Shown here: piece after piece, positions 26,608 through 41,094 of the stretch | Position numbering within the stretch: position 1 is the first letter of the stretch | How the letters are laid out: the number at the start of each line of letters is the position of its first letter | Assembly: GCA_951406725.2 (NCBI GenBank) | Contig: OX597817.1 | Location: forward strand, 27,404,001-27,468,000 | Direction: 5' to 3' | DNA length: 64,000 bases | Origin: Octopus vulgaris | Lineage: Eukaryota | Notes under the pieces: model-generated | Told to the model about the DNA's origin: nothing | Seen by the model: only the letters and a program-made list of their open reading frames with translations | The model's database searches: none | Position numbers and translations under genes: made by a program

Positions 26608-27090
26608 CGAGGGGTACCCAAAAGGAACTGGAATTTTGCAATGTTATTTTATTCACTTTGTTTTACATATTTACACTTTTATCGCCTTCAAATTATTCTC
26701 GATTTGAAGAAATGCATCGGTCCAGACGCCTTTTCCCCTGTTCGTAGCAGTGCTGACACACTCTTACGAAGTGATGCCTTTTAAACCTCCGTCGCTTTTT
26801 CTTCGCCTCTTCCTCACCTGCAAATTCCATAGCACCAGCTTTTATCATCAGTGATAATCTTTCGAAAAATGGTCCTGATCAACTTTCAACTGTTCTTTGA
26901 TTTCATGACACGCATTCAGCACCCGTGACCGTTTTCGATCTTCCGTGAGCAAGGGGAGCACAAATTTTGCTGCAGCTCTTTTCATATGCAATTTTCCCGC
27001 TCGAAATTCGTTGACTGGAGCCCCTGGACACACATGTCATATCAACAAGTTCGTCAATTGTTGTTCAGTGACGGTCCTCCAAGATCATAC
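26608..27090 (-). mobile_element. Internally deleted mariner transposon remnant
   Basis: LHMKRAAAKFVLPLLTEDRK (WVPxxL region), ITDDKSWCYG, C-terminal KRRLDRCISSNRE*FEGDK; mariner-like terminus TA-CGAGGGG at 26606. The other end was not found. Confidence 0.8.
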
Positions 27091-28679
27091 ACACACCACA
27101 CACATATTCATGCCGAAGCAAAAATCCATATACATTATCATAGTCGTGCAGGTTATACATCAGTAGAACGTGTTCTAACTGCCTAGAAATCAAACTAGCA
27201 TGGAATGCCTGGTGCCGCAAACAGATTGTATATAGATTTGCTCGTGCAGCAAAACGACGATGAATCAACATTGAGAGAATGTAATTCGACACCATGCCTG
27301 AACCTTGTTATCTTCCACGTGGCAACTAAGAAATAACAACTGAGAAATGCAAGCAAAGTAAAACCGAGACACAAACTACTGTATTTGTGAATTCCTACGT
27401 TATTTTCTTAACCGCTGCCTTTATAGATTGATTCTGCTTTGGTTAGATGCATGTATATATATATATATATATATGTATATGTATATGTATGTATTTATGT
27501 ATGTATGTATATATATGTAGAGGGAGAGAGTTATATATATATACATATATATATATAATATATAAGTGTATGTGTTTGTGTGTGTGTGCGTGTACTTGTG
27601 TGTGTTTGTGTGTGTATAGAATGTCACTAGGATTTAATCTTTACTGATGTTAAATTTATCGTATTACTCTTTAGAGCGAAAGACATATTCTAACCAATAA
27701 ATCAAAATTATGGCCATTCTAAGATGGGAATATTACAGATGTTATGTTCTAATATATGACATGAATGACGTATAAATATGGCAGATGGTCCGAAAATTAT
27801 ATAGCAATAATAAAGTGGAAATAGTTGATGCTAAATCAACTCTTACATTTAGAAATTGGTGAAAATTTAGTCAAACAATATCTGAAGAAAATAGTGAAAA
27901 TCTATTTCGTCAGAAACAGAAGATATGATTTTAAAATGTAAAGGAAATTAATTTTTGCAAGTCTGCATATGCGTATTACTGTGTGAGCCCGTATGTATGG
28001 TTACACGTTTGTATGTAATATAATATACAAATATACAAGTTTGCCATGTGTACATACATGTCTGTTTAAATATAGAATTTAAAAGCTTTTAGCAATTTTA
28101 AGTTACTGTCTACCGAGTAACCCGTCGTATCAGTTGCAAGATATATATACATATCCAGAATTTTAGTAATACAGAGCGATTAGCTAAACTATTGGCTTCT
28201 TTAGTTACCATCATCAGAATAAGGAGATTTGTGTTGTTAAGAGTGAAGTTACGACAGAATGAGTATTTCTACAATAAATGTGCTATCAGAGTTAGGGTAC
28301 TGGAGAGAAATAACACTAAATATTGTTTTAATTAGGAAAATCATTCTGTTATTTTGAAGAAACTTTAGGCTACATGGCTATGATTTCAAGTTATCTTTTA
28401 TATAAGTTAGCTTTACATCTGCGTGTGAAGTGGTGTTCAACGTCATGCACAAGCAAAATCCAAATCTGAGCTGTGAAACTCTTATTTTGATGTTATTTAA
28501 CTCAGCGACGTAATTAGGTTCAAATATCGAAGCCAGCTCTGAAGCTTTGTATTAATTTCTCAATATTACTTTAGCACAATTGCAGCTAAGTCCCTCAGTA
28601 AAAAAGCTGGAAGTCTATTTCAATCTCCTTTAATATTTAACATTAAAAAAATTAACTTATTTCCTTTCTTCCTAATAAT

Positions 28680-29077
28680 CTTTTCTGCTATAGGCACAAT
28701 GCCTGAAATTTGTGGAGAGTGGGGTAATTGATTACATCGACTCCGGTACTCAACTGGTACTTAATTTATCGACCCCGAAAGGATGAGAGGCAAAGTCGAC
28801 TTCGATGAAATTTGAACTCAGAATATAGCGACGGGAGAAATACCTATTTCTTTAATACCCACAAGGGGCTAAATACAGAAGGGACAAACAAGGAGAGACA
28901 AATAGATTAAGTCGATTATATCGACTCCAGTGCGTAACTGGTACTTATTTAATCGACCCCAAAAGGATGAAAGACAAAGTCTACCGGGGCGGAATTTGAA
29001 CTCAGAACGTAGCGGCAGACGAAATACCGCTGAGCATTTCACCCGGCGTCCTAACGTTTCTGCCAGCTCACCGCCTT
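28680..29077 (-). mobile_element. SINE family A, dimeric form
   Basis: Two core units; TSD TTCTTCCTAATAAT (28666-28679 / 29080-29093). Confidence 0.9.
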
Positions 29078-29174
29078 CCTTCTTCCTAATAATGACTAGT
29101 CACAAGGGTCTTAATTGCTAAACATAAAATTGATAAAAAGATATTTATGATTAAAATAGATATAATATGTATAC

Positions 29175-29656
<482 letters not shown>

Positions 29657-29703
29657 CAGGTCAAATACTTTTCTTCACTGGGTCGAGCATTAAATTCTTT
29701 ATA

Positions 29704-31006
29704 CAGGGTGGTACAGAGAGGACAGACGTTTTTAAAAATTCACAAAATCATTAATTTCAGCTGCAAACAGATTTTATTGACATCTGTGAGTTTGTATTGA
29801 ATTAACATTTGTCCAAATTAAGCGTGAAAAGCAACATTCATCACGTGGTGTCCGTTTTCATTGAAGTATTCTGAAGACGTTCTTGGAAGTTGGTCTCCAC
29901 TCTCTTCAACATTGCTCTGTCGATTTGAGTGACTTCCACGCGAACAGCTTCCTTCAAATCGTCTAATGTACGGGGCTTATGCGCATACACACGTGCTTTC
30001 AAGAAATAATCGCACATGGACAAATCAGGGAACTGAGGGAGCCAAGGAATATCAGCAAACCTGGAAATGAGGCAATCACCGAAGAGAGGGTGAAGAACGT
30101 TCATTGATGCACTTGGCTGTGTGGGATGTCACCCCATCCTGCTGAAACCACACACGTCGAATAGGCTTACGTTTTCGTCGTAATTCGGGCAGCAAGAAGT
30201 TGTTTTTCATCTCGATGTGAAGTTCGGGGTTCACAGTAACATCATTTCCATTATTGTTTTCAAACAATGTAAGATCAAATGACCACAGCTTTTCCAACAG
30301 CACACCAGACCATCACTTTTGGATTGTGCAATGGACTTTCGTGCAGTTCTCTCGGGTTTTCAAGAACTCAATAACGACAGCTCTGTTGATTCACGATGCC
30401 ATTGAAATGAAAATTAGCTCCATCACTCATTAACAAAATGAGGTTGTAATTTGCCTCAAACTTTGCTTCCATCTGACGTGCGAATTGAAGCCGCTGTGCA
30501 TTGTCCCATGGTTTCAACTGTTGTCCAATGGCTAATATGTACAGGTAGAAATGCCTTACCGATCGATTACTGATGCCAAGTTCAGTGAAATGGCTCTGTG
30601 CAAAGTGATTCGGACTCGGTTCAAAGCTTGTCTGACGCGTTCCACATTTTTCGGTGTCCGTACCGTTTGTGGTGCTCCCACTAGTCTCCTATTCCTTAGT
30701 GTACCTCGTGTAAGAAGTGCATCCACCCAACGTAAGACTATGTTACGGGTGGGAACAGCCTGATTTCGGTGAATGTTGAAGTGGCGTCGAAACTCACGCT
30801 GAACTGCTGTGACAGAATCGTTATTCTTCTTGTAACTGTCGTAGGCAAACACGCGACGCTTTATCGTCCACAGCGCCATGGTGTAACCTGAAAAGAAAAC
30901 ATGCTAAAACACCACGGATCGAATGCTACTTGTCGGACATATGTCCCTCCCACTGGGGCTGAGTTATAGTCATTTCAAAAACGTCCGTCCTGTCTGTCCA
31001 ATCCTG
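29704..31006 (-). mobile_element. Full-length defective Tc1/mariner-superfamily transposon, DD41D (rosa/Visitor) type
   Basis: TA TSDs; imperfect ~33-bp TIRs CAGGGTGGTACAGAGAGGACAGACGTTTTTAAAA / CAGGATTGGACAGACAGGACGGACGTTTTTGAAA. N-terminal SVTAVQREFRRHF, MSDGANFH, WFQQDG and PDLSMCDYF; 41 residues separate the last two Asp after correcting a 1-nt insertion. Confidence 0.9.
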
Positions 31007-31375
31007 TATTTCATTTTGCTTACAGGTGTCTGAAAGGAAGAATTTGGTAAGAAAGTTTCCAGGAAATTTCTGCCCGTAAATACTTGTGTCTATCCACGGA
31101 AATATTTGCCTATCCTGTAAAAGTTATGAAACACAAGGGATTTACGTTTGGAAGTAATTCTGTATTTATCTTCAGTAAGCTATATACCTGTGAAGATTTC
31201 AATAGTTACTGATGTGAATCAATAGGTTTATGTATACACAGTATCGTAATATTAAACATGCCTTGAAAAGCTTGCGAGGTATTTTCTTGCCTCTAGAAGT
31301 GCGTTATAGTTTTTAGGCTTATAATAAAGGGGAAATTGGATTGTAATTTGATCTAAATAGTATGCAGGTAGTTAA

Positions 31376-31697
31376 TAATATCACCTTGATCACCTTGACC
31401 GACCAGTCCGTCGGGCGTCCATTTGACACGCTGTCCATTCCTCTCTGGATCGCGCCTTTCTCATCCACGTGATCCCAACCGTCCTCCTGAAATCGTAACT
31501 CCACCGTTGTGGGAATTTCTGCTCACGCGGGTACCACTCGACTGATGCGCGGGTCCAACGATTATCGGTGAGCCGGGCGACGTGTCCAGCCCATCTAAAC
31601 TTGCTCCATGTATACTCTGCGATGACATCCCTCACGCCGGACTTCTTTCTGATGACCTCGCTACTGATGTGCTCTCTCAACGAGATTCCAAGCATCG
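31376..31697 (-). mobile_element. 5'-truncated RTE-clade LINE
   Basis: MLGISLREHI...KFRWAGHVARLTDNRWT...WYPRE...; (TCAAGGTGA)2 tail; TSD TATGCAGGTAGTTAA (31361-31375 / 31703-31717). Confidence 0.9.
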
Positions 31698-33762
31698 AAT
31701 AATATGCAGGTAGTTAAATAAGTTAACATAGAATTACTGAAATATTGTTCTTGAGCACAACAATGCATAAAAAGAACCGCGGAACGTTCAGGTTATGCTT
31801 AATACTGGATTCAGTAGTACATATTACATGAGGTTTCACTCTATAGGTGGCCCAGTTAGTCACTAAGGTAAATTATTGTCGTCTTAACGTTAATTAGAAT
31901 ACTCAATAACTTGTAACTATAACCTATTATGTGGAATTGCGTGTTTCTTTTCATGTGCCAAAAACGGTGCAACAAATATGCACATGTTTCCGACGCTAAG
32001 ATATTTATAAAATATTCACTCCTGCCTTGCTTAGATTTGTTTTTCGCTTTTCTTTTTAAATATTTCTATATATTATCTTTTACTATGGAATACAATTACC
32101 CATCACATCCACTTTACATCACTATATCTTACACAATCTTGATATATATTTTAAAACTTTTCCTTCTAACAATTGCATGACCCACCATATATTGGACTAA
32201 CACTTAATCTACCTCTCCTTAGATCTCCTTTTCTCTCAATATGTCCGTTTTTAAAATTACATCTTTCCCTACTATATAATATACCTATAATTTTTGCATT
32301 TTATTTTATTTGCATAATGGGTCCATTTAAACCCCTTCAACATATCCATTCTAACTAATACTGTTTTACGTTACTTGTCACTCTACCTGATGATTAAATA
32401 TATTTTACTGCTGAGATATTGAAACATATATAGTACAACTTGGTGTCCTACATGCCTATAACCATGTTCATATCTAGATATGGATCTTATATATCATCTG
32501 TGTGCATATCTATTATTATTGTGTGTTTATTCACTATATATTGCCACTAACGTGTATTTATCAATATGAACGTGTCCACATATACGTATGTTTCACATAA
32601 ACACATATATACTATTATTTTTTATAAGTGTACTTATATCTATATGCGTGTGCCATTTTTCGCTCTTTCCACCGGAATGAGTATATATACTTTTATTGGG
32701 TGTTCCTTCCTTTATGTATTCCCTAATCAAAATACAATTGGAATTCCTATATCTCTGTATATATATATATTACTGCTGATATATGTGCAGATATTCCTCT
32801 ACTCACGTATAAGTAAATATATTAACAATGTTTTTCTTATAAGTTTTTATAGGACACTGTGTAGAAGTTTTTTTGTAAACTTATGTGCACCCCTAAACTC
32901 GTAATTTCTCTTATATTCATAATACACAATAATCTTCTATTACTTGAATATTAATACAAACATTATACCACTATATATATATCCCTTTAACATTATGCCA
33001 AACTAGTTTCTTACCTCATATTTTTATTCATACTTAAATATAGTCACATATCAATACATATAAATTAAATCCTCTTTTTTCCTATTTTTCATTCCCAACT
33101 CATTTATCTCCTCTACACTGTTATTTATCCGTATTCCTACAATCAGTAATAAATCCCTGAGAGCTCTTTTTCATTTTTATAGCCACAGCAAGTATTTACT
33201 CTCTAATTGTAATATTAACAAATATTTTTTCTGGTTTTACTTATTTTTCTACCTTGTATTTAATACATACTAACGAATATTAGTTCTTATGCAAACACAA
33301 GTCCATCTTGAGCATCTTATCTTATTCTCTCTTTAACCCTTTTTACCCCTAGAAAACTTGTTTACATTAACAAGGGTTTATACATTATCTCTTCTAGTTT
33401 AACTTAATTCTCATGTATCAAATGTTTTTTAATATTCACTACACTAAGTATTACAACTGTCAGGTTATATCTTAATTCAAATATAGCAATGCCTATCCAT
33501 TGGACATTTCTATACAATATTTTCCCTACACGACTTATTTGGAGTTACAATTTCGAATCTCCTTACTCATCTATAGAGAGAACGTCTCTAAAACCTCTCT
33601 CACTTATATTTTCAAATAACTGTTATAGTTTTTAGTTTTAGTTAATGCCTAACTGGAATGACACATATCTTTCTTTCTCATAAGGATAAATATGAATCTT
33701 CTAGATCCTATTCTGCTTTTTTCCTTTCTCAAGTGCTTTGTAAAAATTTTGTTTATACTTCT

Positions 33763-33880
33763 TGCACTGAAGAGTACAGTTATACATAATTAATTTAATC
33801 TAATCTAATTAATTTATTTAATTCTGTTTAACCATGAGTTTGCATGATTTTTATATCGTCGTACGAAGCGATCGTCTGCA
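33763..33880 (+). ncRNA. Type I hammerhead-like motif with very long loop II, probably inactive
   Basis: TGCA-CTGAAGA-GTAC...GTAC-GAAGC-GATC-GTC-TGCA; A15.1 replaced by G. Confidence 0.6.
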
Positions 33881-34234
33881 TGAATTAAAATTCTCTTATA
33901 TAGTTTAACATCTTCTCTTCTCCATTTTTATCAAAATTGTTGAGTTTTATGGGATTTCTTTCCATAAATTCACAACACACCATATACAAGTATTATTTTT
34001 ATATTCGCAATTTTACGCCAGTAAGCTACCAGCAAAATATGAAGAACTAATATTAGAAATCTTTATGGGGAACCTTCAAAAACCTTCAAGTTTAAGGACG
34101 AATCTAATTCAACCTTTTTACACACACACACACACGTATATATATATATATATAGGCACCCAGGTGGTGCTATTAAGTTAGACATGGCCTGGGCCAATAA
34201 TGGCTGAAACCTATCAAAGTATCAAAGTATCAAA

Positions 34235-34480
<246 letters not shown>

Positions 34481-36260
34481 TTGTGATTATATGTAAGTGT
34501 GTGTGCGTGTATATGTTTGTATCTGGAGATATATGTGAATAAATAAACGGACGTGTTGTGCTTGTATATGAATATGCATGTATTTGTGTGTATGTATTCC
34601 TGTTTAAGTCTTTGTGTGTAAAACTCTTTGTATATGAAAATATATATACACAATACCCTGCTCACCGAGGACTTATCTGGAGTTATGCACCTAGGTATAC
34701 CATAACCTTCTATTCATATTTTTTTTATAAAACTCTAATAAGCATATGCATAATATATTAAGTCCTTGTATTCTAAAACATGAGACTGGTTTGCAATATT
34801 TGTAACGTGTTTCAATGTACACGTACTTACTTGCTCAATTAACAGTTATTTCTAGATTTATGCATAATCGTGATATCACTATTGTAATTTAGAATATTTT
34901 GTCAATAAAATGTCTTTATTATGCAAACCTCTATTGTGCCACAGAATCTCAAAGTTTCGTATTATTGATGAGAATGTTAGAAACATTATCAAATATATTG
35001 TTAAGCATTTTTACGCTAACTTATAATGAGACTATTCTTTTTTGAACAACTATAAACGTCTACTCTAAACATGTCTAAAGGAGTTAATATGTTTCCCATT
35101 GCTAATTATCTGTTTCACTGAATGCAAACCATCCTCAGTCAATATCTTTTATCTCAAGGTCTATAACTGTAAATTATAATTCATCCCTTCCCTGTTCTAT
35201 ACTATTGATCTTCCGTTTAATGACGCGCCCACTTTGTTCTTTTCATATAGCGGTACTTTTGACTAAAATTTCACATGTCTCGGAATCAGTTGATTACTCG
35301 AAAAGTCGTCATCCCACTCACTTTTACATATTACCTGATGAGCATGAGAATTGCATAATGTGCGGCGTATTATTCATGATCTCAGATTTGTTAGACTTTT
35401 GACGAATAAATAGTGTATAAATTATATTTATATTACTATACAATATAAAAGGTTTTATATATATCGCATTTATATTATTATGTTAGCTCCTCAAATGAAT
35501 GCTCAAACGGACATCTTAATTTGACTTTCAGTAATGGTCGACTAACATATAGTTGAATCCTTATGAATTTTGAGTTCAAATGCCACCGATGTCGAATTTG
35601 TCTTTCTTCTTACTTCGAGTGATAAAATAAACACCAGTCAAGGTAATCGACAATTCCTCCCGTCTTATCCCAAACAAGTAAATGTTATATAAATATTAGA
35701 AATCAACATTAGGTTTCCTCTGCAAAGTAGACTCTTGTTGAGATCAGAGTGACCTATCTATTTATTTTACACGATAAGTATGCTTACAAAAAGTAATCAA
35801 GCTTTACAAAAAACATTTATAATCTGAGTTCATCATCAATTTAGTTACTGAGACCAGAATGTACATGCACTCACTAAATCATTGTTAACCTAACTTGAGA
35901 ATTTTCTGCTCAGTAATTTCTTTAAAAAAATTGCCATCTGCCAAGACGATTCAAATAAATAATATTAATTATTGATGTAAAAGTGAATTTATATCGCAGT
36001 TAGAGAAGCAGTATTTTAAGCAATGGTCCATTAATATGCTTCTCCTCAGAATTTAGAAGAAATATTCACTTCTCTAGGGCTTCTATCAGAACTGTTATTT
36101 TTTTCCCCTTTTGGCAGAAGTTTCGATGTCGAAACTAATATTTCTTATGTTAATATGAGTGTATTAAATAACAGGAACATTGTATGTTTATCCAATGGTG
36201 TACTTTTGTATGTATGTATGTATGTATGTATGTATGTATGTATGTATATATGTATGTATG

Positions 36261-36336
<76 letters not shown>

Positions 36337-37001
36337 TGTATCTATGCAAGCAAATATGTATGTACCTATGCATGTATTTATTGTGTAGATGTATGCGCAT
36401 AACATATCAGCAAATGCATGTAAGTTTTAAGCGATGGTTTTTTACTGTGCTCGTATTTCACACAAGTCACATCTTGCACCGAAATTAACTTCCTATCTAA
36501 TACGAATCGTCTATTTATTATCTCATTAGTAAACATTATCATTGCAGAATATAGGCATGCAGCAGGAAGACCAACAATATAATAAGTTAGCATAAAAGTG
36601 TTCAACGATACATTAAATCACGTTTCTAACGTCCTCATCAATTATACAAACCTTTGTGATTCTGTGGCAGAGTAGAGGATTACAATGTATAACAAAAACA
36701 TACTTTGTTGACAAAATATTCTAAATTACAGTAATAATATTACGATTATGTATAAATCTGGAAATAATTTTTTACAGGGTAAACAAGTGCGTGTACTCTG
36801 AAACATGTTACAAATAGTGAAACCCAGCCTCATATCTTAGAAGGCAAGGGTTTAATATATTATGCATATGCTTATTGTATCTTTATCGAAATTTATGTAT
36901 AAAATGTTATGGTATTCGTAACTGTTGTGTAACTTCAGATAAGACCTCACAGAGCCGAATTGTGCTCAAAACCATCCCATTTAAATCGTGGGCATTGTAT
37001 G

Positions 37002-37049
<48 letters not shown>

Positions 37050-37146
37050 CAGACAGATGAAAATAGATGGATGGATAGATAGATATATAGATAGATAGAT
37101 AGATAGATAGAGAGACAGACAGATAGACAGACAGACAGACAGACAT

Positions 37147-37178
<32 letters not shown>
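37002..37178. repeat. (AGAT)n/(AGAC)n microsatellite
   Basis: Direct reading. Confidence 0.95.
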
Positions 37179-37179
<1 letters not shown>

Positions 37180-39355
37180 AAGATTTCCATTACTATTGTA
37201 ATTCACGATTTTCTAAGTAACACAATATAATTTCAAGGAAAGTTGAGACATTTTGTTGGTTCATAAAGCAGATATTTTGTATTTAATTATGTATATATTT
37301 GCTGCAGATTATCACATATAAATTTGATATCATATTCACAATAACAATGCTGCAACTACAAAAATGAAATTATGTCATTCCTTGGGAGAAGCACGATAGT
37401 CAATATGTGCAGTATTGTAAGTTTCGTGTCATTAGTGTCATGCTAACATAACAAGTTTGGTTTTAAACTGGATGCTACTCTCAACCAGTTTTCAAACAAA
37501 TGACGTCTCTGCAAAGTAGAAAAATTCAAATGAACAGAATAAAAAATATTCAGAGAGACAAAATTTCAAACATATATCGATATACAAGATAGCAATCATA
37601 TACCATATCCATGAGCCAAAGAAAAATATAGTAAGTATTCCTAGAATGAAATGGTTAATATTAAGAACGCTGCAATACTTACCTGAAAAAATAACTGAAG
37701 TCTACTTTTTCTGCTACGATTCCATTAATTTTAATCTGCATTTCAATAACATTTGTGACTTTAGGTTGTTTTATAATCACATATGCTCAAATTCCTGTCA
37801 TTTACCTGCTCAGACTAAATATGCTTTTGTTTCTACTTTGCAAATGCTGTAATGCAGAAAAGATAATGTAATATTATGGAAAACGTATAAGTACAACAGA
37901 CTGGATGAGCACTTACTGTTATTAAGCTTTATTAGTTTCATGGTGATCTATTTAGCAGTATGTAGTGGTTGTATCAGTTTATTGTAGTAGGATCATGCGA
38001 GTTTTGGTTTGGTGGATACAATATAGGTTCCATGCATCAAAATGTCTTTATACAACTTGACAAATCGGTGTGATTTAAACGTTCGTCGTGGAAAACAATT
38101 AAGTTCGAATTTTTTTATAAGAACTACGCGTGTATCAAAGTCTTATCTGATTCTGATACTATTTAATCGTTTGTCTTTGTACAGCTAACATTTAATCAAA
38201 TAGCTCCTACTCAACTTTAAAAGCAAAATCCAATATTAAACCGAATGGTATTGGTGTCATGATACTTGCGTCGTTATCAACTAATGGCAAACGAAAGTAA
38301 CGTTCCTAAACATGTTTAGGTTTTCTAATTTATTTCGACATAGATCTAAGAGTAAATTTATACAACGAACAGTAATATATAACGTTTTATGTGGTCTCTC
38401 ACAGGAATTAAATGAAGGGAAAAAAACTATATACAACATCTTCATTGCACAATATCAGAGATTACCTGAATGTCTTGATGGTCGTTGGCAAGTCCATAGG
38501 ATGATTAGTATGAGTTAAAATGATACAAACAGTCTGAGGTTAACACGGCAAACAGTGCATAAACCTTGTCTAGCTAACAATGATTTTTATTAAATGAAAG
38601 AATAAAAAGGTATTGAAAGATTTGTAAAGTAGCGAAAGCAAAGAACATGAAAATATGTGCGTATAAAATCCTATGTAAATGAAAAAGAAAACAAAAGCAG
38701 GAAAAATTGCTTCGATTAATACTAGACTGGCACAAAAGGGCTTCTGTAAAATTCAATTTCGTCTGATTATCTCCAGTAAAACATCTCTTAAGATCTATTT
38801 TTATCTGATTTAACAATTTCAAGAGAATTACAAATTTGTATTTGTGGTTTGCTAGTATAAAATAGAAAACTTCATACAGTGAATCAATTTAATACTGTCT
38901 CACTGAATAATTTATGAATAAAAATAAATAAATGCAAAAAAAGCGCTCATTACATTTACATCAGTTAAGCTATGCAATCGTGCCAAGTGTAGCATCACGA
39001 GAAAGAAAGGAGCGATCAACCAAAAATATATATTGAAACTTTCATCTTTTCCAAACAGTATACATGAGATGAGAATGAAAAGAAAAGCAATAATGTTCCA
39101 ACACCCCAACCAACGCACAGTAGAAAAAAAAAATTCCTCAAAGAACTTTTCAGACCATTTGTTAAAACATTCTAACGAAGTTCAGCAACTAATTTCTTCC
39201 CTTAATACTCACTGGTCTGAAATGAACCAAGTCATCTTTTTTGAGTAAAATGAACGACCCCTACACAATATAGTGCCATTGCGTCTTCAGAAGACACAAT
39301 TGTGTATGATGTTACGTGAAGGGTATCAGTAGAAAAAGCTATAAAACAATAACAG

Positions 39356-39401
<46 letters not shown>

Positions 39402-39818
39402 AATTACTATTATAACTGTACATCACATGCGGATAAACAGTATTACATAAGCATGGAAATCAAGTGGCAACGTGACTCATTATTGAACTCAATGTAGATG
39501 AGCAGGTAATTACCTCCCTTCGATTCATCGGTGACTAGTCAGTCTTTTCATAGAACAGTGAACATATATGAAATGAGACACAGGAACATTTGCAGAATAA
39601 CTCTAATTATTTTATATCAGAGGAATATAGAATCAAATGAACCTGTAGCATAGAAATTGCTGTTAAGATTGGAGCCCAGGAAATTAAGTCTACGAATTTA
39701 TTAGATAGTTGTCGATATGCATGCGAACTAATAGGGATAGTAGCTATTTTTATGGCTCAATCGGAGGCAGATAGGTATCACCATTATTATCATCATCAGG
39801 GATTCTGAAACTGTAGGA

Positions 39819-40007
39819 TAAGGATAATGTTCCCTCCCCAGTCATACAGACACATAGGGCCGGTTTCCTGGTTTCTCTACTGGACGGGAGTAACGTGAAA
39901 TGAAGTGTCTTGCTCAAAAACACAACGCGTCGCTAGGTCCAAGAAATGCAGCCTTAATCTTACAAATCCTGAATTCAACACCCTAACTACTAAGTAACAC
40001 GCTTCCA
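39819..40007 (-). mobile_element. Diverged tRNA-derived SINE related to family C
   Basis: Minus strand GTGGAAGCGTGTTACTTAGTAGTTAGGGTG...GTGTTTTTGAGCAAGACACTTCATTTCACGTTACTCC; TSD CTGA(A/G)ACTGTAGGA at ~39805 and ~40008. Confidence 0.7.
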
Positions 40008-40983
40008 CTGAGACTGTAGGAGCTAAGGATTGAGTTTGTTTTAAACTGGAGACCGGCCCTGAATGTGTGTAAGCATTTGGGCTCCGCTAAAGACGATCAA
40101 GACTCAGAACCCAGTACCATATTAGACTACCACCCCAAACAGGGGCGGTCCGTTGAACAGGTTTCAGAGAACTATTATGCAAGAAATGAAGGAATTCTTT
40201 CTGTATATGAATAAACTGCATGAAAAATGTATAATATATTTGATGTATCACTATAACAAGTCATGCGTTAAAGAAAAAATAAGCTGAGGCAAGAGAAAAA
40301 TGAATAAAATATTCGTAGGTTGTGCAATACTGAATAAAATGGTGATTAGAAACTACCTACTTTAGTTTCTTATACATTTTTAACTGAAGTAGAGAACGTT
40401 TAGTTATCATATAACCAGATTTTCGTGGTACATTACTTTAAAAGGATTATACTAGCTGGTAAATTGTGGAAAGGAAGATTAAAGATTGCTAAAAGGGTAA
40501 ACAATGAAAAATGGATGAAATACAGTAGAAAACTGGAACAACAGTTATTGTTTTACCTTGCTTTTCTACAATATTTCGGGCTTCGTACCCCAACACGTAG
40601 AAAATCTGGATATTGTATAGAGCTATTGCGATACGTGGGGGAAAGAAGTGATATGCGGCGATTGGCGTTGTTATAGTAAACAAGTATCATCATATAGTGT
40701 CAGTCGCTTAATGAAGGGCTGAACGTGTTAAACTTGTTAAACTTACTAAAATCATCATTATTGATGTACCGTTGTATGGCAACAGATATTGATAGCCATT
40801 GCCTAGAAGACTATTGAAAGCGTTTAGGATTGACGGCTTTATTACATCGCTGCACTGACAATGTTTAGTAAGATTCGTTTGGTACTCCACTTCAAGAATG
40901 CACATAGCCTCGAATTCCAGTTGAGTGTTGCATTGATGATACTCTGATTTTCTACCCTTTCAGGACCAGAATGCACTCGTGTG

Positions 40984-41019
<36 letters not shown>

Positions 41020-41094
41020 TATATACATATATGTATACACACACGTACACATACACACACACACACATACACATATACACACACATACACACAT

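Noticed and set aside
32381-32440. CTGATGA...GAAAC-ATATATA-GTA as a hammerhead
   Set aside because: Core words are present, but stems I and II do not pair convincingly.
38574-39118. Hydrophobic ORFs as a multi-pass membrane protein
   Set aside because: T-rich strand composition explains the F/L/I bias, and no family motif was seen.
40050-40152. Short MITE with GACCGGCCCTG/CAGGGGCGGTC ends
   Set aside because: Only an 11-bp imperfect inverted match, no clear TSD and a single copy in the window.
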